Of a DNA stretch of 64,000 nt, positions 54,166 to 64,000 are shown in pieces. The position numbers and the translations under genes were made by a program. Numbering within the stretch: position 1 is the stretch's first letter; the number at the start of each line of letters is the position of its first letter. The stretch is from assembly GCF_964355755.1 (NCBI RefSeq), contig NC_092675.1, forward strand, positions 20,308,912 through 20,372,911, written 5' to 3'. Below the pieces are notes generated by a model. It saw nothing but the letters and a program-made list of their open reading frames with translations, did not search any database and was not told where the DNA came from. This stretch comes from Antedon mediterranea (taxonomy: Eukaryota; Animalia; Echinodermata).

Positions 54166-56276
54166 ACGTGTGTTAACACGACGCTCAGACGACTGAACTA
54201 ACTGATCATTTTGGTTTTAGCAAGGTTAATAGGATATTTATGACGTAATGATCAATTACGTAATACACGTATAAATAGACTATTATCAGCTTTTCAATCA
54301 TGTACTTGGTGGCCTAACGGGTAATGCTCAGTTTTGAGTGCTATCGGCTGGGGTTCGGACCTCGACGGATATTTTTTTTTATAAATATTTGTTTCTTTTT
54401 TAAAGAGAGATATGTGACACTGTATTGTCGAATATTGATGGCACCATACCGGTAGGTATTCAAATATGCTTATTCGATGTAAAAATACTTTTAAAATAAT
54501 AATTCATCAATTCTCATTTTTTTCTTATCTCGTAAAAACTTTTATTACAATTCCTTGGAAGTCATTCTAAGAAATAATACATCACCTGAAACCTGTAATA
54601 ATTGTATAATATAAAATATTACACATTTTCTGTATGTAGGCCTAGTAGGTAGTTTAAGCGTATACACACATTCTCACGATGCCATTGCGTACACATTGTG
54701 ATGACAGCCTGGTTATGAAGACGTGTCACATGACAATCACAGTAAAATATTCACAAACCAATCCGATCGGCCTACACATTCAATGTCATGTCATTTCATT
54801 TCATTTATTTATTTCACTTTACAACTATATAAATATACAGTGGAGGAGCCTAAAAGAAAGCAAAGCTTGTGGTGAATAGGCTCCTCAAAACAAAACAAAA
54901 ATAAAATAGAAATAATATATAACACAATTAGAAACTTCAAAAAACAACAATTTAACTAATAATGTCTTTTCTCTAACACATAAGTTTAAAACTAAAAAAC
55001 AAGTAAAAAATAGATTATATAAATTATTTTAAAAATATCCAAATATGTCATTAATAAAAGAATTTACAAAGAACCTTCAACCAATAATAGTTTAAATTGA
55101 CGTTAAATAAAGCACCGTCCGTACGTATACACTTGTTGATGTGTATAAACGCACACCGTCACTGCGTACGTATTATTATACGCCTATGAATGACAGCCTC
55201 GTTATGAAGACGTGTCACATGACAAACGTCTTCAAATATTCACAAACATTCCACCAATCAACTTAGTGACTTATTTCTATTTTATATCACTGTGCTCCAC
55301 TGGTGCTAAATTTGATCCACTGAACCAGTTACCGTAGTACTGTACTATTTCTATTTCGGAAGTAAATAAAGGCATAAATGGCGCTCCGTAGAAGTAGAGA
55401 ATGTTCGATCGTCGAAATGACACTCTGAATATACCTCCACATTTTGGGGATTTGGCATTATTTTTCCCAATCTGGCATTAATATTTGAGGCTACAGTACA
55501 GCATAATTTAAATTATCAACGCTGACCAAAGAAGGAAGGATATTGACATTATCAATGACAATGTTATTGTTATTGTTATATCATATTTGTTTCTCAATCT
55601 TTAAATAAAATTACCAGGATTGGTGACATTTATAGAAACTTGCGTCGTCAACTCAGAGATAGTCATTCATTTTCCGTCCGGGTACGACGGTAAGTAAGGC
55701 CACAGTTACTTGTTGCATCATGATGGAGTAATCTTCACTCCATGCTTGTGGTGGTATACTCGCTGCCTCCTGCTAACAGGCGATGTGAAAATTGTACTCG
55801 CGTCCAATAACGACAATGGCCTTTATTTATTCGCGCGTTATTTATTACCGTTCTGCATTTTATGGCATTATCAATCAATCAACTTATCAATCAATATTGA
55901 AACACTAGTTATAGTTTATTAATTTACAAAATCGAAAAGCAAAAGTGAACTTTTATTTATCTTTAGTGGATAATCCCCTGAATAATTATGCATATAAGAG
56001 CCCATGTTTGCGAGGAAAAAAAAGTATAAAATACACCACTAAACAATGTGTCCACATATACTTCGATATTAAAAATCATATAATCAATCAAGCCATCAAA
56101 ATATAACCAAGCCTCACCAGTAAAAATTGAAAATTATACAAAATGGAATATTATGGATGGTATATATGAAAATATTGTTGAAAAGTGATATTGTACTTTG
56201 AATCTTGGTGCCAACCTAATTATAGCTTTAACATTAATAAACTTTAAAAAAGAAATCACAGATATATAGGAAATAA

Positions 56277-56780
56277 TGTCGTGGTACGTGAGACCATGCC
56301 CGGATTGATTTGGAAGTTTTCTCCCCGGGTATCAAGCGTGCGAGGCTTGGCTCAAATGAATGCAATATCAAGACCAACAGAAAGACAACAAGTTGTTGAT
56401 TGCCGTTATCAGACCATTTATTGTGTACAACTCAACGTCACTCAGAAAATAAAGAGAACGAAGAAAGGAAAAAAACCCTGAATCAACTTGAATGATGTAT
56501 TTACTAACTAAGAACGAAAGATCGTACAGCAATCAACCATTTCTAAATGGTAACTTCAACAACGGCTTAATAATATATATATACAACACGGTAACAAAAA
56601 TCACATCTTCCTGTGTTTGCAACAAAAGCTTTTCTGACGCGCAGACAGAAAAACCAGGTAGTTAACCAAAACATCACCTATATGCAAATGCGCCAAACAC
56701 AATGCTCGCAAAACAACTAGCAGCAAGACACTTATATGCAAATACGCAGAACGCACACGAACAACAACTGATCCATGACA
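56277..56780 (-). repeat. 3' LTR
   Basis: 503/504 identical to 62477-62980 (only 56437 g vs 62637 a). Confidence 0.98.
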
Positions 56781-56794
56781 TGTTCCCCGCTTAA
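56781..56794 (-). other. Polypurine tract
   Basis: Minus strand AAGCGGGGAACA immediately before the 3' LTR TG. Confidence 0.8.
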
Positions 56795-56976
56795 AATCTT
56801 TTTGTCCCCAAAAGGAGAACCTATAAAAGAGAAGAAACATAAAAAATACAAAAAAAATATAGATTCACTACACCTTCCCCGCTTGAGATCCTTTTGTCCC
56901 CAAAAGGAGAAACAAACGAAAATAGACAAGAGGAGAAGTTAACCAGCAAATTTAACAAGGCACATAACACCAGGTA

Positions 56977-57985
56977 TCATTCCAAAACAGATTTAGGGAA
57001 ACGAAAAGGATTACTATGAGTTCCTCGAGTACTACGAGTAGACCTTCTAAGAGGAACTATTGGCTCACTATCACTCAATACTGGAGGCAGGTCACAACTA
57101 ACAATAACACCGGGTATATCATCATCCGACTCAGAACTAGAACCACTATCATTGTTGAAATGTTCAGACCCTTCACCATTTCCATCCAGAGAAACCACAC
57201 CATGTGGCAAAACATCGTCCAAATCACAATCAAACTTTTCCACACGAGGATCCAAAATCAGACGCCTTCGATTAACTTTCAAAAGTTCACCGCCAGTTGA
57301 TGGACGAATACCATATACATCTCCAGTGGAATTGATGGTTTCTACAATATAAGAACAACTAAAATATTTATCCTCAAGTTTATGTCTCGCTTTAAATGCT
57401 TGCTTGCGCAACAACACCCGATCACATACTTTAATGATTTCGGAAACTTTAACTTTGTATCGGTCTTCCTCATTTTCCGCTGCTTGACGCAACCTAGCCG
57501 ATACAACATCTTGGGCACGCGAAACCAATTTAGACTGCTGTTGCACATACTCCTCAGACCAGTCATTATTCAAATTACCCAAAAGATGATCAATCGGTAA
57601 GACAGGCTCCCTTCCAAACATCAATAGATACGGGGTTACTCTGGTAATAGCATGAGGTGTAGAATTATACATGAATATGATATGCTGTATTAATTCCGGC
57701 CACTTACGGCGTTCGCATGGATCCAGTGATCGCAATAACCTACAAAGTGTTTTATTCAACCTCTCACATTGACCGTTACCCTGAGGATGATAAGCAGTAG
57801 TTTTAGATTTTACAATACCATACAGCTTGCAAACCTCTCTAATAACATTACACTCGAAGGACTTCCCTTGATCAGAATGCAATCTCTCCGGTAAACCATA
57901 ATACACAAACCAGACATCTCTCAAAACACGAGCAACAACTTCAGCGGTTTGATTTTTACATGGTACTGCAAGAGAAAATTTACTA
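56977..57985 (-). pseudogene. Gypsy integrase core and C-terminus, separated from pol by a 1-bp deletion
   Basis: LHSDQG, TTAYHPQGNGQCERLN, YNSTPH. Adding one T at about 57985 gives TDVFSKFSLAVPCKNQTAEVVARVL in frame with pol. Confidence 0.9.
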
Positions 57986-60900
57986 ACACATCAGTAAAAA
58001 CTAGCACATCTTCATATCCCCATTTACCCTTATCCAACTTCAGAAAATCTATGGCGAGTATTTCCAATGGCCGAAAAGCAATGACATGACGCATAGGCGG
58101 TCGAATAGTAGGTGTAGGTGCTTTAGAAACGGTACAATTCCAGCATTTCGAAACGTACTTCCTAACATCAAAACTCAAACCAGGCCAAAAACAACAAAGT
58201 TTAAGCAAGTCCATCGTACGCTGCATACCCTGATGACCCCACTTGTCGTGACATAGTTCAATGAGTAAGGAACGCAATTTCAGAGGGACAAGAAGCTGAA
58301 GTACACAACCCTTAATTGAATCTTCTATTTTACGATACAAAACTCCCTGGTATACTGTAAATTTATCCCACTCCCTCAACCAACTGGACGGTATTGAAAC
58401 ATTTGAATCATGACCATTGCCCGGTTTCCAACCACGTGTCCACAATCTCCAAACTTCAGCAAGCTCATTGTCTTCTTTCTGAAAAGTAGATAACTGACAA
58501 AAAGAATAAGATGGTAAAACAGAAGATTGATGAGGAAGGCTATCAATTTGTACATTTTCAGCTGGCTTTAACTTAAGACTTGCAGCCAAACAAGATGCAA
58601 CAACATGTAGCTCATTGGAGTCTGCTTCGCAACCATCCGTAGGACGACGACTAAGCGCATCCGCACACTTATTAACCGCACCTGGTTTATACTTAACAAC
58701 AATATCGAACATTGCTAATTGAGACACCCATCTCATTTCCGTAGCGCCAAGCTTAGCAGTCTTTAAATATGATAATGGATTGTGATCAGTATAAACTATT
58801 GCTTTAGAACCTTGAATATATGATGAAAATTTGTCAACAACGGCCCATTTCAGTCCAAGTAACTCTAGTTTAAAACTAGACATATTCGAATAATTGCGCT
58901 CAGCCCCTCGTAAACTTCGACTGGCGTAAGCAACTGGGTGAAGTGCACCATCAATTTCCTGTAGTAAACATGCCCCCAGTCCCTTTAAACTAGCGTCAAC
59001 CTCAATGTAGAATTGTTGGTCAAATCTAGGATAAATCAAAACAGGAGGTTTAGTTAAAACACGTTTCAACTCACTAAATGCAACTTCCTGGCTTTCACCC
59101 CATTGAAAATCAACAAGCTTTCCCGCTTGTTTGTCACTTGTACACGTAGCTTGATGCAACGGACCTGAAATTGTAGAATAATTATGAATGAACCGCCTAT
59201 AATAAGACGAAAGACCAAGAAATGATTTCAACTCCGTACGGTTCTTAGGAGTTGGCCACAAAAGTATTTTCTCGATTTTATCCTTGTTAACCGCTACACC
59301 CTTTGCGGAAATGACGTGTCCCAAGTAAGCGACCTCAGTCTGAAAAAGATCACATTTTTTCCCTTTGACTTTAAGACCATAACTTTGTAACCTACTAAAC
59401 ACACGATCCAATCGGGCAATGTGTTGCTCAAAGGTAGAAGAAAACACAAGAATATCATCAAGATACAATACAATTTCAGAAAGGTTCATGTCTCCCAACA
59501 CGTATTCCATAACTCGCTGAAACGTACACGGACTATTTGTCAACCCCATAGGCATTCGAGCAAATTCGTAAAGGCCCCACGGAACTCTAAACGCTGTTTT
59601 GTCGATTGATTCATCCTCCATTATAACCTGAAAAAACCCATGAGACAAATCAAGAGTAGAAAAATAACATGAATTACCCAACACTTCAAGAACCTCATCA
59701 ATACGCGGTAGAGGAAATGAATCCCTTATGGTACGATCATTCAACTTTCGATAGTCCACACATAAACGCAAGGAACCATCTTTTTTCTTCACCAAAACAA
59801 TTGGACTAGCAAAACTGCTCTTAGAGGGGCGAATTATCCCCTGCTCCAGCATTTCCTGCAACATCAATTTAACCTCAGCAACAGAATGCAAAGGAATACG
59901 CCGATAGGGAATCCGGATAGGTGTGTTATCTTTTAAAGAAATTCCATGCGGAATAACATCACATCGACCTACATCATATGTTCCCTTCGAAAACACGCCA
60001 TTGTGCTTACACAATAACCCAGCAACAACTTTCTCTTGTCCAGGATCCAAACCATTCAACATTATCCCAGGAGGTAAATCCAAAGCAATATCTGGTTCAG
60101 AGTTGATACTTCTATCTGCTCCAACATCCGACGATTCCCTGTTCAAAGTAGTAAAAGAGTCATAGTTAGCATGAGAACCAACATTTACATTAGGTTTAAT
60201 AGATTCATTGAAAGATTGGAAAGGAACAACTATATTTATGTGTTTTAATGAGACAAGAACGTTGGACTCGTCTTCATTGATTCTCAACATTACTTCAGAT
60301 CTACTTATTTCGGGCGCAGAAGGATGCTCATCTACCAGTTGTCGCAACTCATGTAGACCACTGAAACCATGCAACTGGCGTAAAATATTATATCCAATAA
60401 GAATCGGATAATTTACTTGCTTATTCTTAACGGCGATGTCGGAGACAACCAGAAAACTACCCTTAAGTTGCTGATCAGCAATCACAACGGGAATTTCAAT
60501 GTACCCTTCTATGGGTACCTCAACCCCACAGACCCCAATAACATTCATGAACAACCCACCAACACTACCCAGTTCACCACATTCAGGCTTTAGTATGTTA
60601 TGGTATATGGATGATGGAATAATTGATGCCTCAGCTCCGGTGTCTAAAATACACCCAAGTTCAGCGGAACCAACGCTCATAGTAGTACAAGGACTTCTAG
60701 CAACTAATTTCTCAAATAACACGGTATTTTGAACATGTGAATTAGGTATAGCATTAGAAATATTTGTATCTGCACTTGCAACAGGGGCACGGACATCGTG
60801 ACATATCTGTGTATCCTTACTCTGGATACCTGATGACGATTGCGGAACAACACTCTGTTGAGAAGGATTTATAGATGAGTTATAATTGACATTTTGGTTT

Positions 60901-61808
60901 CTACTATACTTAGTAGGACAAGCATACGCAAAATGACCTGGATTTTTACAAGTCCAACACAAACCAGGAGGGACACTACATTGGTTTCTACTATGACCTT
61001 CGTTACCACAATTGAAACATCTACGAGAAATATTAGAACGAACATCTGAACGGAATTCAGGACGTTGCGATTGCAATAATGCACCGAATTTGTTATCAAT
61101 GGTCTCATTGATTTGCTGCTTAAGAAAAGATTGCAATTCTTGTTTCATCTCAGTCAGACCGTAATCTACACACTCTACCCCGTGAATTTTTGGTTTATTA
61201 TTTACTCGTTCCCCTTTAAACAATTCTACAACCTCCTCCCTCATTTCAAGAAAGGTCTTCCCTCTGAACGCCAACTCAATTCGCTTTAATTCTCTTTTAA
61301 CCCCATGGTCTCTGACCCCTTCTACTAATCTCTGCTTCAAAGTAGTATCCTGGAGGTGTTTTAAGGCTGCCTGCTCATTCCTATCTGATGCCTCAACCAA
61401 CTGTGTGTATAGTTTGAGTAACTCTAGACTATAATCAGCTATTGATTCTCCCTCTAACTGACGCCTAGAATAAAAAGAAGAACTATATCCTGAAACAGTT
61501 TCTTCTGGACCAAACATAAATTTTAATATACCAATAGCATGCTTAGCATCTTTACTATTACCGGACACCATCATCTGACACCGGACTTCATCCTTTGCCT
61601 TGCCACCAAGATGACTTATCAAAGTATCATATTTTTTCCAATCTGTTAAAGAATAATGGTCACAATAGGCTTCGAAATCAATTAGCCAATCCCTTAAAGA
61701 ACTCTGCCCAGGAAGTTTAGGTGTACCAAAAAACTTAGATAATTTAACAGGTGGAGGAGATTTTTGGGTGGACAAACCCTTGAAAGCATTGGTAAGAGCG
61801 GATATCAT
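57921..61808 (-). CDS. Gypsy gag-pol polyprotein (1295 aa, truncated in integrase by the frameshift)
   Basis: Two CCHC knuckles (CFNCGNEGHSRNQC, CWTCKNPGHFAYAC), protease ILDTGAE, RT LCVDYRKLN/YLDD, RNase H DASLKGLG/YTDHNPL, integrase HHCC. Confidence 0.93.
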   Translation of the reverse strand: MISALTNAFKGLSTQKSPPPVKLSKFFGTPKLPGQSSLRDWLIDFEAYCDHYSLTDWKKYDTLISHLGGKAKDEVRCQMMVSGNSKDAKHAIGILKFMFGPEETVSGYSSSFYSRRQLEGESIADYSLELLKLYTQLVEASDRNEQAALKHLQDTTLKQRLVEGVRDHGVKRELKRIELAFRGKTFLEMREEVVELFKGERVNNKPKIHGVECVDYGLTEMKQELQSFLKQQINETIDNKFGALLQSQRPEFRSDVRSNISRRCFNCGNEGHSRNQCSVPPGLCWTCKNPGHFAYACPTKYSRNQNVNYNSSINPSQQSVVPQSSSGIQSKDTQICHDVRAPVASADTNISNAIPNSHVQNTVLFEKLVARSPCTTMSVGSAELGCILDTGAEASIIPSSIYHNILKPECGELGSVGGLFMNVIGVCGVEVPIEGYIEIPVVIADQQLKGSFLVVSDIAVKNKQVNYPILIGYNILRQLHGFSGLHELRQLVDEHPSAPEISRSEVMLRINEDESNVLVSLKHINIVVPFQSFNESIKPNVNVGSHANYDSFTTLNRESSDVGADRSINSEPDIALDLPPGIMLNGLDPGQEKVVAGLLCKHNGVFSKGTYDVGRCDVIPHGISLKDNTPIRIPYRRIPLHSVAEVKLMLQEMLEQGIIRPSKSSFASPIVLVKKKDGSLRLCVDYRKLNDRTIRDSFPLPRIDEVLEVLGNSCYFSTLDLSHGFFQVIMEDESIDKTAFRVPWGLYEFARMPMGLTNSPCTFQRVMEYVLGDMNLSEIVLYLDDILVFSSTFEQHIARLDRVFSRLQSYGLKVKGKKCDLFQTEVAYLGHVISAKGVAVNKDKIEKILLWPTPKNRTELKSFLGLSSYYRRFIHNYSTISGPLHQATCTSDKQAGKLVDFQWGESQEVAFSELKRVLTKPPVLIYPRFDQQFYIEVDASLKGLGACLLQEIDGALHPVAYASRSLRGAERNYSNMSSFKLELLGLKWAVVDKFSSYIQGSKAIVYTDHNPLSYLKTAKLGATEMRWVSQLAMFDIVVKYKPGAVNKCADALSRRPTDGCEADSNELHVVASCLAASLKLKPAENVQIDSLPHQSSVLPSYSFCQLSTFQKEDNELAEVWRLWTRGWKPGNGHDSNVSIPSSWLREWDKFTVYQGVLYRKIEDSIKGCVLQLLVPLKLRSLLIELCHDKWGHQGMQRTMDLLKLCCFWPGLSFDVRKYVSKCWNCTVSKAPTPTIRPPMRHVIAFRPLEILAIDFLKLDKGKWGYEDVLVFTDVLVNFLLQYHVKIKPLKLLLVF

Positions 61809-62455
61809 TTCACTAACATCAGTTGTCTTCGCAGCACTCCCCCTTGCGCAGTCTGTTTTTTAGGCGGGGCCGCGCTTTGACCACCACCAGTCGCCAGAAA
61901 ATGTGACTTTCACTAATGAATTATTTACGAAGGTAGCATATAATATATTGTATATCAATATTTCTCTATGGATTTTACACAGCATATAACAATCTCACTA
62001 ACGTTCTGTAATTATAGTTACAATAGTAAAGTAGCATATATCAACATTTAATTATCGCAATGTGCTTTAAACAGACTATCGTTTAACAATATTATTACAC
62101 GTTATATAACACAAGTTCACCATAACATCACTAGGCAAATCCTCTAAATAATCGGCTACTGCATTCAAAGTACAATACCACTTACGTTATATCAATGTCA
62201 ATTATTATTATAAATCAATAATTGCGTAAATACAATACATCAATCTACAGTTATCAATAAATCCAATACAGTATATAGAAATCTATATAATTAACAAAGA
62301 AAATACATCAATTAATGATAGTTCAATATGTGTACATCTTATCTGTATCTCGGATTCACCGACAGTTGATCCAGGGCTTTCCAATCACTGGTCACTCCAA
62401 AGAATATACTCGCTAATCACCATCATCTGCCGCTAAACGTCATTCTTGAATTGCG

Positions 62456-62473
62456 ATCCTGTCCGTGACGCCA
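62456..62473 (-). other. Primer binding site, probably tRNA-Ser(CGA)
   Basis: Minus strand TGGCGTCACGGACAGGAT, 3 nt inside the 5' LTR. Resembles the complement of the tRNA-Ser(CGA) 3' end as recalled; isotype not verified. Confidence 0.8.
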
Positions 62474-62476
62474 ATT

Positions 62477-62980
62477 TGTCGTGGTACGTGAGACCATGCC
62501 CGGATTGATTTGGAAGTTTTCTCCCCGGGTATCAAGCGTGCGAGGCTTGGCTCAAATGAATGCAATATCAAGACCAACAGAAAGACAACAAGTTGTTGAT
62601 TGCCGTTATCAGACCATTTATTGTGTACAACTCAACATCACTCAGAAAATAAAGAGAACGAAGAAAGGAAAAAAACCCTGAATCAACTTGAATGATGTAT
62701 TTACTAACTAAGAACGAAAGATCGTACAGCAATCAACCATTTCTAAATGGTAACTTCAACAACGGCTTAATAATATATATATACAACACGGTAACAAAAA
62801 TCACATCTTCCTGTGTTTGCAACAAAAGCTTTTCTGACGCGCAGACAGAAAAACCAGGTAGTTAACCAAAACATCACCTATATGCAAATGCGCCAAACAC
62901 AATGCTCGCAAAACAACTAGCAGCAAGACACTTATATGCAAATACGCAGAACGCACACGAACAACAACTGATCCATGACA
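62477..62980 (-). repeat. 5' LTR
   Basis: Adjacent to the PBS, TG...CA termini, followed by the TSD. Confidence 0.98.
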
Positions 62981-63588
62981 ATAATGTTTCTTTGAAGGAA
63001 TAAAATGTATAGGCCTATACTTGATGTCGAACTTTCCAGACGGGTATATCGCTTTAAGCGATGCATGCGCATCAACCAAAGACGAGGTTGAAACATCGGA
63101 TTCTCTTATGTAAAGAAATGTCTTATCACTGTTCATTCAAAACAGAGATACTCAAACACATTTATTTATTTTATTTGTTCTTTCTTTAAACTGAAATACA
63201 CATATTTACAACAAAAATAAAATATAAAACAAAAACAAAAAGAAAGAAAACCGATATAAAACTATTTTCAATTGTGAAGGCAAAAGGTTAATACATATAT
63301 GTTTTCTATAGTGAAGATTTAAAAGTTGTCAAAGACATATTATGGAGTTCTGATTTTATGTTATTAGAGAATTCCATAGTTTAGTTGATCTATAAACAAA
63401 AGTTCTTTTAGCCTGAGAGTTATTCCATAAAGTCATTATTACACATATACCCAAGCACATTATCTATGTATTTTCCACTCTGTCTGATCTAATTAATACC
63501 CCTTTTTTTTACACTGCCAAGCTATGTGAAAGTGTTCTCTTCTTTTTATTGTATAGGTTTGCAGGTTTAATTTTTGTTTTAGTCATAG

Positions 63589-64000
63589 GCCCCGTTTCTG
63601 CTGCCAAAAATATACCGTATATATACGGTATATTTTATATACGGTATATTTTTTGGCAGCAGAAATGGGTCTCATAAAAAATATACCGTATATATATGCG
63701 GTATATATACCGCATAAATATCCCCATCGTTTGTGGATATTATACGGTATATTCCAAAATATACCGTATATTTCGTACCCCGTTTCTGCTGCACTCAAAA
63801 TATACCGTATATGTGACCCGGCCCATAAAACGAGGTCAAAAACTAACAGAGCGTGACGCGTTTGTTTGGTTTTTCTGCTGCATTGACACACACGTGTATA
63901 ATAAGCAAGCAACAGATCAAACTGTGGACTGAAGAAATAACTATTTTTGCAATTCAATTGTGGGGAGAAGCGAAGGTTGGGGGGAGACTACATGGCAACA
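63589..64000. mobile_element. Left end of a foldback-like DNA element inserted in unit C (runs off the window)
   Basis: Homology to units A/B stops at tagtcatag. Then GGCCCCGTTTCTGCTGCC, an inverted repeat 63591-63621/63638-63670, and many ATACCGTAT/ATACGGTAT motifs. Confidence 0.6.

Larger units (their letters stand above)
56277..62980 (-). mobile_element. Ty3/Gypsy LTR retrotransposon, full length and very recent
   Basis: 504-bp TG...CA LTRs, 4-bp TSD ATAA (56273-56276 and 62981-62984), empty site ggaaataatgtttc in units A and B, domain order gag-PR-RT-RH-IN, PBS and PPT. Confidence 0.98.
54201..64000 (+). repeat. Segmental duplication unit C (partial, runs off the window)
   Basis: 54201-56276 and 62985-63589 are colinear with 57-2755 of unit A. 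Interrupted by a Gypsy element and, from about 63589, by another insertion. Confidence 0.93.

Noticed and set aside
61809-61900. Possible upstream gag extension (CTG-ATGGGQSAAPPKK...)
   Set aside because: Would need both a start-codon change and a frameshift; cannot be supported without the family consensus.

Overview
AT-rich eukaryotic (metazoan, probably invertebrate) DNA, not prokaryotic. The window is a head-to-tail segmental duplication of about 25-29 kb: unit A 57-24769, unit B 24770-54200, the start of unit C 54201-64000, and the last 52 bp of an earlier unit at 1-52. Each complete unit carries one very large, intronless array of 84-bp C2H2 zinc-finger repeats (about 138 fingers at 7111-18895, about 108 at 29618-38836). 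Only the 5' part of each array is open (28 and 22 fingers). The rest is a tail full of stops and frameshifts that has kept amplifying in higher-order blocks, and variation is concentrated in the DNA-recognition helix. No KRAB, SET, BTB or other effector domain is visible. Each unit has its own transposon insertions. Unit A has a 5'-truncated Penelope-like element with an inverted pLTR and a hammerhead-like motif. Unit B has an L1/Tx1-clade LINE flanked by a perfect 127-bp direct repeat with a CR1/L2-group LINE nested inside it, plus an intron-containing hAT transposase relic. Unit C has a very young, nearly intact Gypsy LTR element. Comparing the paralogs also shows small transposon scars: 25-30 bp palindromes with 7-bp TSDs (P-element-like footprints) and TA-to-TACTGTA / TAGG(C)CTA footprints. 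All calls come from reading and aligning by eye; no database searches were run.
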